Assembly (NCBI GenBank): GCA_037439585.1 | Contig: JBBIVU010000001.1 | Span: 1 to 49,871 of the forward strand | DNA: 49,871 nucleotides | Origin: Roseateles sp. | GTDB lineage: Bacteria > Pseudomonadota > Gammaproteobacteria > Burkholderiales > Burkholderiaceae_C | Reading direction: 5' to 3' | In this document: piece after piece, positions 43,631 to 49,871 of the stretch | Layout of the letters: each line of letters opens with the position of its first letter | How positions within the stretch are numbered: position 1 is the stretch's first letter | The notes under the pieces: model-generated | Databases searched by the model: none | Told to the model about the DNA's origin: nothing | What the model saw: only the letters and a program-made list of their open reading frames with translations | Translations under genes and position numbers: made by a program

Positions 43631-43953
43631 CAGGTATTTCCTCGTTGGGCGAATTCCGCGAGGCCCGACAGGCCCTCGCGGCGGGCCAGTTCGTTCAGCA
43701 CGTCCTCCGGCTTCAAGCCGAAGTGCGCCAGCGCCACCATGCTGTGGAACCACAGGTCCGCCACCTCGTAGACCACCTTCTTGGGGTCGCCATCCTTGGC
43801 GGCCATGACGGTCTCGGTGGCTTCCTCGCCCACCTTCTTCAGGATGCTGTCCAGGCCCTTGTCGAAGAGCTTGGCGACGTAGCTGGTGGAAGGGTCTGCA
43901 CCCTTGCGGGATTCGATGACCGCACCGACGCGGCGAAGGATGTCGTCACTCAT
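43630..43953 (-). CDS. hisE: Phosphoribosyl-ATP pyrophosphatase
   Basis: [16 protein letters not shown] and EVADLWFH. Confidence 0.95.
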   Translation of the reverse strand: MSDDILRRVGAVIESRKGADPSTSYVAKLFDKGLDSILKKVGEEATETVMAAKDGDPKKVVYEVADLWFHSMVALAHFGLKPEDVLNELARREGLSGLAEFAQRGNT

Positions 43954-44338
43954 AAATCTTTTTCGGGTCTTTCAGCACCGGCTCGGCGGGGCTCCAGGCA
44001 CCGTTCTCCAGCTTCTGGAAGAAGCAGCTGTGCCGGCCGGTGTGGCAGGCAATGCCCGGCTCGTGGCCGAGTTGGGTGATGGTGAGCAGCACCACGTCGT
44101 TGTCGCAGTCCATGCGGATGCTGTGCACCTGCTGGAAATGCCCGCTCTCCTCGCCCTTGTGCCAGAGCTTGTTGCGCGAGCGGCTGAAATACACCGCCTG
44201 GCCGCGCTCGGCCGTCAGCGCCAAGGCTTCGCGATTCATCCACGCGAACATCAGCACATCGCCCGTGCCTTGCTCCTGGGCGATCACGGGCACCAGGCCC
44301 TTGTCGTCCCACTTCACTTCGTCAAGCCAACTGCTCAT
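43946..44338 (-). CDS. hisI: Phosphoribosyl-AMP cyclohydrolase
   Basis: [18 protein letters not shown] and [11 protein letters not shown]. Confidence 0.96.
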   Translation of the reverse strand: MSSWLDEVKWDDKGLVPVIAQEQGTGDVLMFAWMNREALALTAERGQAVYFSRSRNKLWHKGEESGHFQQVHSIRMDCDNDVVLLTITQLGHEPGIACHTGRHSCFFQKLENGAWSPAEPVLKDPKKIYE

Positions 44339-44343
44339 GGGTT

Positions 44344-44790
44344 TCAGTCTAGGTGAGTCGGGCCGGCGTGACCGCGTTCGGCGGCAAACCACTGCAGCAC
44401 AGGGAGGGTGCCGGGCAGCACCGGCTGCACCCGCACCGGCAGGTCGCTCCAAGCCATCTGCTGGCCCTCCAGCATCTGGAATTCGCCCGTCCAGTCGTAC
44501 ACCTTGCAGAAGTTCAGCCGCACACGGGCGTGGGGGTAGTCCATCACCAGCACCTGCCACGGGTGGGCGGTGCCGATCTGGATGCCGATCTCCTCGCGCA
44601 ACTCGCGGGCGAGCGCCTGGTCCACGCTTTCGCCTGCCTCCACCTTGCCGCCCGGGAATTCCCAGTAGCCGGCATAGACCTTGTCGGCCGGGCGGGAGGT
44701 GAGCAGGAAGCGGCCCTCGCGGCCGGTGGCGTCGCGCTCCACCAGCACGCCCACGGCCACCTCGACCGGCACGCGTTCGGTGTCAGACAT
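44344..44790 (-). CDS. MutT-like NUDIX hydrolase
   Basis: [13 protein letters not shown].....[10 protein letters not shown] Nudix box. Confidence 0.9.
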   Translation of the reverse strand: MSDTERVPVEVAVGVLVERDATGREGRFLLTSRPADKVYAGYWEFPGGKVEAGESVDQALARELREEIGIQIGTAHPWQVLVMDYPHARVRLNFCKVYDWTGEFQMLEGQQMAWSDLPVRVQPVLPGTLPVLQWFAAERGHAGPTHLD

Positions 44791-45721
44791 GGTCCAGCCC
44801 TTCAGGAATCTCCTGAGCGCCGTCGCCGAGGCGCAGTGCAGACGGGGCCTCGCCCACCGCGCCCCGGCCGGCCCGGTCGCGGGCGAACTGGAAGGCCACG
44901 CGGCCCGAGCGCGAGCCGCGCTCCAGCGCCCACACCAGCGCCTCCTGGCGGTTGGCTTCGATGGCGGCCTCGTCCAGCCCGAAATGCCGCAGCCACTGCG
45001 CCACGATGGCCAGGTACTCGTTCTGGCTGAACGGGTAGAAGCTGATCCACAGGCCGAAGCGCTCGGACAGCGAGATCTTTTCCTCCACCGCCTCACCGGG
45101 GTGGATCTCCCCGTTTTCGCCGTGCTTGCCGCCCAGGTCGTCCACCATCCTCTCGGGCAGCAGGTGGCGGCGGTTGCTGGTGGCGTAGATCAGCACGTTC
45201 TCGCTGGCGGCCGCCACCGAGCCGTCGAGGATGCTCTTGAGCGCCTTGTAGCTGGCCTCGCCTTCGTCAAAGCTCAGGTCATCGCAGAAAACCACGAAGC
45301 GCTCGGGACGCCCCTGCACCTGCTCGATGAGGTCTGGCAGGTCCACGAGGTCCGCCTTGTCCACCTCGATGAGGCGCAGGCCCTGGCCCGAGAACGCGTT
45401 CAACACGGCCTTGATGAGCGAGCTCTTGCCCGTGCCCTTGGCGCCGGTGAGCAGCACGTTGTTGGCCGGGCGGCCGGCCACGAACTGGGCGGTGTTGCGC
45501 AGCAGCTTTTCCTTCTGCGGCTCCACTTCCTTCAGGTCCGACAAGGAGATACGACTCACCGCACGCACCGGCTCCAGGCACAGCGCACCATGCCGCCGGC
45601 GGGCGCGGAAGGCGGTGGAGGCAGCCCAGTCGGGCGCAGCGGGCGGGTGGGGAAGAACGGCCTCCAGCCGGGTCAGCAGACCTTCGGCACGGGCCAGCAG
45701 GGATTCAAGCGATGCAGACAT
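44783..45721 (-). CDS. DUF815-family AAA+ ATPase
   Basis: PANNVLLTGAKGTGKSS Walker A, FCDDLSF, YATSNRRHL and EEKISLSERFGL. Confidence 0.9.
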   Translation of the reverse strand: MSASLESLLARAEGLLTRLEAVLPHPPAAPDWAASTAFRARRRHGALCLEPVRAVSRISLSDLKEVEPQKEKLLRNTAQFVAGRPANNVLLTGAKGTGKSSLIKAVLNAFSGQGLRLIEVDKADLVDLPDLIEQVQGRPERFVVFCDDLSFDEGEASYKALKSILDGSVAAASENVLIYATSNRRHLLPERMVDDLGGKHGENGEIHPGEAVEEKISLSERFGLWISFYPFSQNEYLAIVAQWLRHFGLDEAAIEANRQEALVWALERGSRSGRVAFQFARDRAGRGAVGEAPSALRLGDGAQEIPEGLDHV

Positions 45722-45745
45722 CGCGCCAGTTTAGGCGGGGCGCCT

Positions 45746-46369
45746 TCAGCCGATGGCCCGCAGGGAGGCCTCCAGTTGCTCCGTCGGCAGCCGCTTGAAG
45801 CCCGAGCGCGCGTAGCGCTGCAGGCGGCCGATGACGAAGCTGACCCACACCGACGCCTGCGCATGGGCCTGCACCGTGGGCGTCAGCGAGCCCTGAGCCT
45901 CCGCCGAGGCACGCAACACCTGGCGCAGTGACGACTCGATGCGGTCGAAGAACTGGTTCATGCGCGCCGTCAGGCGTTCGTTCTCGTACACCAGCGCGTC
46001 ACCCACCATCACCCGCACCATGCCGGGGTTCTTCTCCCCGAACTGCAGGATGACGCTGGCGATGCGCGCCGCCTTGCCTGGGGGTGGCAGGGTGTGAGGG
46101 TTGTCGACGATCTGGTGGATCAGGCCGAAAACGCTGGCTTCGATGAAGTCGATCAGCGCCTCGAACATCTGCGCCTTGCTGGCGAAGTGGCGGTACAACG
46201 CCGCCTCGCTCACCTCCAGCTTGGCGGCGAGCGACGCCGTGGTGATGCGGTCTGCGCCGGGCTGCTCGAGCATGGCCGCCAGCACCTGCAGGATCTGCGT
46301 GCGCCGCTCGCCCGGCTTGAGGCGTTTTCTGGGAGCAGCGCTGGCGGCTGCGGGCTGGTCGGCGTCCAT
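45746..46369 (-). CDS. slmA: Nucleoid occlusion factor SlmA (TetR family)
   Basis: RITTASLAAKLEVSEAALYRHFASKAQMFEALI and NPG..R...GDAL..E..RL. Confidence 0.9.
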   Translation of the reverse strand: MDADQPAAASAAPRKRLKPGERRTQILQVLAAMLEQPGADRITTASLAAKLEVSEAALYRHFASKAQMFEALIDFIEASVFGLIHQIVDNPHTLPPPGKAARIASVILQFGEKNPGMVRVMVGDALVYENERLTARMNQFFDRIESSLRQVLRASAEAQGSLTPTVQAHAQASVWVSFVIGRLQRYARSGFKRLPTEQLEASLRAIG

Positions 46370-46379
46370 GGCCGGGATG

Positions 46380-47066
46380 CTAGTCCCTGAGCCAGCCCAG
46401 GCGCCGCGCCTCGTAGATGGCTTCCACCTTGGAGCGGACGTGCAGCTTGCGGTACACGCGCTTGACGTAGGTCATCACGGTGTGCGGCGAGACCTGCATG
46501 AACTGCGCGATCTCGTCGAACGTGAAACCCTTGGCCGCCAGGTGCAGCACGCGCGACTCCTGCTCGGACAGGGCGACGACTTCCTCGTCCGCCAGCACGG
46601 CGGCCATGGCCTCGGGCGAGGGGCCGGTCGAACCTTGCGCGCCGGGCGCCAGACGCACCAGCAGACGGCGGGCGATGACCGGGCTGATGGGGCTGCCGCC
46701 CGCACGCAGCGAGCGCAACTGGCCGGGCAGGTCCAGCGCCAGGCTGTCCTTGAGCAGGTAGCCGGTGGCGCCGGCTTCGATGCTGGCCACCACGTGCTGC
46801 TCGTCGCCGAACACGGAAATGACCATCACCTCGCACTGCGGCCGCGTCTGGGCGGCATGCCGGATCAGCTCGATGCCGCTGCCGCCCGGGAGGTCCAGGT
46901 CGACCAGCAACACGTCGGGCTGAAGCTGGTCGAACATGCGCCGGCCCTGCGGCAGGTCGGGCGCGATGCCCAGCAGCTCGATGTCGGGCACGCTGCCCAG
47001 GGCATGCGTGAAGGCTTCGCGGAAGCGGGCCTGGTCTTCGACGATGAGGACCGAGAACGAGGTCAT
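46380..47066 (-). CDS. Orphan NarL/LuxR-family response regulator
   Basis: LIVED, LVDLDLP, GATGYLLK and HTH S.HTV.TYVKRVYRKL.V.S..EA. Confidence 0.9.
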   Translation of the reverse strand: MTSFSVLIVEDQARFREAFTHALGSVPDIELLGIAPDLPQGRRMFDQLQPDVLLVDLDLPGGSGIELIRHAAQTRPQCEVMVISVFGDEQHVVASIEAGATGYLLKDSLALDLPGQLRSLRAGGSPISPVIARRLLVRLAPGAQGSTGPSPEAMAAVLADEEVVALSEQESRVLHLAAKGFTFDEIAQFMQVSPHTVMTYVKRVYRKLHVRSKVEAIYEARRLGWLRD

Positions 47067-47144
47067 GGGCTCTGTGGACTCTGCAGTGAGGCGCGGCGCG
47101 CGATTGTCACCTGCGGCCCCCGCTCCGCATGGCCCCGTGTTCCT

Positions 47145-47888
47145 TCAGAAGTGGGGGGTGCGCGCCAACGCGGCCAGCGAGCTCACGCGCCGGCTGACGT
47201 AGGCAGGCCGGCGGTTCAGGCCGTCGCGCCCGGCGCGGCGCAGCCACCGCTGCATCCAGACCGTCTTCAGCCCCAGGCCATGCGCCGTCTTCTGGTGCAC
47301 CAGCGTGTCCTCGACCAGCACGCACCGGGCGGGCTTGAGCCTCAGCCGCGCCAGCACCGTGCGGAACATGCGAGCGTCGGGCTTGGGTCGGGACTGGCCG
47401 AAGCAGCTCATGTCCTCGATGCAGATCAGCCCGTCGAAGGCATCCGCCAGCCCGATGGCCGCCAGCACACGCCGGGCGTAGGCCAGCGGGGCGTTGGTCA
47501 TCAACAGCTTGCGGCCCGGCAGGCGACGTAGCGCAGCCAGGTCGTGCGCGTGGCCGTGCAGGTGCGCATCCAGCCCAGGCAAGCGGTGCGTCTCGTGCAG
47601 GAAATGCGCCGCCTTCACGCCATGGTGGCGCTGCAATCCGGTCAACGTGGCGCCGTAGCGGATCCAATAGCGGTGCCGCAGCGCCACGGCCTCATCGGTG
47701 GAAAGGTCCAGGTGGGCCTCGATGTAGGCGGTCATCGACGCGTTCAAGGCCTTGAAAGCAAGGTGCGAGGCGTTGTGCAGCGTGTCATCCAGATCGAACA
47801 GCCAGACCCGGTCGCGAAGGGAGGTCGGCCCGCCCCCCTCGCCAGCCTTCGCCTGGGGCTCGCGCGCGGAACGGGTGTTGCGTCTCAT
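47145..47888 (-). CDS. HAD-superfamily pyrimidine 5'-nucleotidase-like protein
   Basis: [24 protein letters not shown] and VEDT; downstream of argB. Confidence 0.85.
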   Translation of the reverse strand: MRRNTRSAREPQAKAGEGGGPTSLRDRVWLFDLDDTLHNASHLAFKALNASMTAYIEAHLDLSTDEAVALRHRYWIRYGATLTGLQRHHGVKAAHFLHETHRLPGLDAHLHGHAHDLAALRRLPGRKLLMTNAPLAYARRVLAAIGLADAFDGLICIEDMSCFGQSRPKPDARMFRTVLARLRLKPARCVLVEDTLVHQKTAHGLGLKTVWMQRWLRRAGRDGLNRRPAYVSRRVSSLAALARTPHF

Positions 47889-48790
47889 CGGGACGCAATC
47901 ATCGTTCCGTAGGCCTGGTCGGTGAGCACCTCCAGCAGCATGGCGTGGGGCACGCGGCCGTCGATGATGTGCACCGCATTGACGCCGCTCTTGGCGGCAT
48001 CGATCGCGCCGGCGATCTTCGGGATCATGCCGCCGCTGATGGTGCCGTCTGCCACGAGTTCATCGATGCGGCGCGGCGTCAGCTCGGTCAGCAGTTCGCC
48101 CTGCTTGTCCAGCACGCCACGGATGTTGGTGAGCATCAGCAGCTTCTCGGCCTGCAGCACGGTGGCCAGCTTGGCTGCCACGACGTCGGCGTTGATGTTG
48201 TAGCTCTCGTTGTTCTCGCCGAAGCCGATGGGGCTGACGACAGGGATGAACTGGTCGTCCTGCAGCGCCTTCACCACGCTGGGGTCGATGGCGACGATGT
48301 CACCCACCTGGCCGATGTCGTGCTCCTTGGCGGGATCGTCTTTGTCGACCATCCTGAGCTGCTTGGCGCGGATCATGCCGCCGTCCCGGCCCGTCAGTCC
48401 CACGGCCTTGCCGCCCGCGGCGTTGATCAGCCCGACGATGTCCTGCTGCACCTCGCCCGCGAGCACCCATTCGACGACACCCATGGTCTCGGCGTCGGTG
48501 ACGAGCATGCCCTGGATGAACTCCCCTTTCTTGCCGAGCTTGTTGAGTGCATCCTCGATCTGCGGGCCGCCGCCGTGCACGACGATGGGGTTCAGGCCCA
48601 CCAGCTTGAGCAGCACCACGTCCTCGGCAAAGTCCTGCTGCAAGGCCGGGTCTGTCATGGCGTTGCCGCCGTACTTGATGACGATGGTCTTGCCGTGGAA
48701 CTTGCGGATGTAGGGCAGTGCCTGCGAGAGGATCTCGGCCTTCTCGCGCGGTGCGATGTGGGATACGTCGGTGGTGGGGGCGGTGGTCAT
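47885..48790 (-). CDS. argB: Acetylglutamate kinase
   Basis: [29 protein letters not shown] and HIIDGR. Confidence 0.96.
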   Translation of the reverse strand: MTTAPTTDVSHIAPREKAEILSQALPYIRKFHGKTIVIKYGGNAMTDPALQQDFAEDVVLLKLVGLNPIVVHGGGPQIEDALNKLGKKGEFIQGMLVTDAETMGVVEWVLAGEVQQDIVGLINAAGGKAVGLTGRDGGMIRAKQLRMVDKDDPAKEHDIGQVGDIVAIDPSVVKALQDDQFIPVVSPIGFGENNESYNINADVVAAKLATVLQAEKLLMLTNIRGVLDKQGELLTELTPRRIDELVADGTISGGMIPKIAGAIDAAKSGVNAVHIIDGRVPHAMLLEVLTDQAYGTMIASR

Positions 48791-48922
48791 GCTGGGCTCC
48801 GATGAACTGCGGCGCATTCTAGAAACAGCCTGCCCAGCGCCAGCGCCACCCCATGCAAGCCGGGGCGCGGGCCTTGACCCTGTGCTGCAATCCTGGCCGG
48901 CATCACAGCACAGGAAGGGCAC

Positions 48923-49363
48923 ATGATCAGTTTGCTGCAGCGCGTGGCACGGGCACGCGTGGAGGTGGCGGGGCGCATCACGGGCGAGATCGGCCACGGC
49001 CTGCTGGTGCTGGTGTGCGCCGAACCCACCGACACGCAGACCACCGCCGAAAAGTTGGTCGCCAAGTGGCTGAAGCTGCGGGTGTTCAGCGACGAGGCTG
49101 GCAAGATGAACCGCAGCGTGCAAGACGCAGGCGGCGGCCTGCTCATCGTCAGCCAGTTCACGCTGGCGGCCGACACCTCGGGTGGCAACCGCCCCAGCTT
49201 CACCGGCGCGGCGCCCGCAGCGCAGGGCCGCCGGCTCTACGAACATGTGCTGGCGGTTGCCCGCTGTCAGCACCCGGTGGTGGCCAGCGGCGAATTCGGG
49301 GCCGACATGCAGGTTCACCTCGTCAACGACGGGCCTGTCACCCTCCCGATGCGGTTGAACTGA
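48923..49363 (+). CDS. dtd: D-aminoacyl-tRNA deacylase
   Basis: LQRV, SQFTL, G.RPSF and NDGPVT. Confidence 0.95.
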   Translation: MISLLQRVARARVEVAGRITGEIGHGLLVLVCAEPTDTQTTAEKLVAKWLKLRVFSDEAGKMNRSVQDAGGGLLIVSQFTLAADTSGGNRPSFTGAAPAAQGRRLYEHVLAVARCQHPVVASGEFGADMQVHLVNDGPVTLPMRLN

Positions 49364-49728
49364 TGGTTGCAGGAATCGCCCTCATCGACTCCACTACAGG
49401 CCTCGCGCCCGTGAACGACCAGCCCCGTGAAGACCGCCGCGTCAGCGGCGCACCGCAGCGCCAGACCTGGACACTGCACGAAGCCGGCCCCATGAGCGCC
49501 GGCCTCTGGGCCTGCGGGGTGGGCCGGTGGCGCATCGCCTTTCCCGCCGGTCGCCAGGAGTACTTCCACGTGCTGGAGGGCCGTGTGCGGCTGCACGGGC
49601 CGACCGGCCCGGTCGACATTGGCCCGGGCCAGGGCGGTGTCATCCCGCCGGGCTTCGAAGGTGAATTCGAGGTGCTGGTGCCGGTGCGCAAGCATTTCGT
49701 CCTGGTGGACGTCGCACCATCCTCCTGA
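49363..49728 (+). CDS. Cupin-domain protein (DUF861/EutQ-like)
   Basis: ATG overlaps the dtd stop; G.W.C..G.W, E.F..LEG, IP.GF.G and VRK.FV pattern. Confidence 0.8.
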   Translation: MVAGIALIDSTTGLAPVNDQPREDRRVSGAPQRQTWTLHEAGPMSAGLWACGVGRWRIAFPAGRQEYFHVLEGRVRLHGPTGPVDIGPGQGGVIPPGFEGEFEVLVPVRKHFVLVDVAPSS

Positions 49729-49784
49729 ATCCGTACCGGCCGGAGGTGCCAGCCCCGCGAGGTGCCCAGAGGGCAGGCCCTAGT

Positions 49785-49871
49785 TGTGATGTCTCGATAG
49801 GTTGTTCACCCGACCTGGTCTGGGAGACTGGAGTTACGACGCTTCAGGACTCTCAGGAAAGGATGGCCGGG
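49785..49871. mobile_element. Probable terminus of an IS481-family insertion sequence, truncated by the window end
   Basis: CCTAGT (NCTAGN-type target, 49779-49784) followed directly by TGTGATGTCTCGATAGGTTGT, resembling the IS481 end as I recall it (TGTGAAGATTCAATAGGTTGT). No transposase visible. Confidence 0.6.

Noticed and set aside
48495-49075. Odd residues in conserved motifs: ArgB GMLVTD (usually GMRVTD) and Dtd KWLKLR (usually KLLKLR)
   Set aside because: Each is a single-base difference; I cannot separate variant from sequencing error without reads.

Overview
A high-GC betaproteobacterial chromosome segment; gene content and order suggest Burkholderiales (inference). From 22.1 kb onward it is mostly housekeeping: argJ, secA, dciA-like, tRNA-Thr, sspAB, petABC, mscL, DUF1631, pdxA-family, DUF885 plus an M14 peptidase, Nif3, a DegS/HtrA protease, tatABC, HIT, hisIE, a MutT-like NUDIX, a DUF815 ATPase, slmA, an orphan response regulator, a HAD nucleotidase, argB, dtd and a cupin. 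From 3.2 to 21.9 kb lies an accessory, all-minus-strand signalling block: a frameshifted HisKA_3 sensor kinase, a NarL-type regulator, a REC-HD-GYP phosphodiesterase, a multi-PAS hybrid kinase with a FixL-like heme-PAS, and a complete chemosensory operon whose CheA carries a tandem MshEN-type c-di-GMP-binding motif. This suggests an O2 -> c-di-GMP -> chemosensory cascade, and a related TCAGG-N4-CCTGA palindrome precedes each of its three units. Between secA and argJ sit two PEP-CTERM genes; one has the full motif set of a Cys-Gln thioester domain, best known from Gram-positive adhesins. The window starts with a structured MITE-like element and ends in an IS481-like terminus. Three frameshifts, one in essential secA, warn that the assembly may contain errors. 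All calls come from reading motifs by eye; no searches were run.
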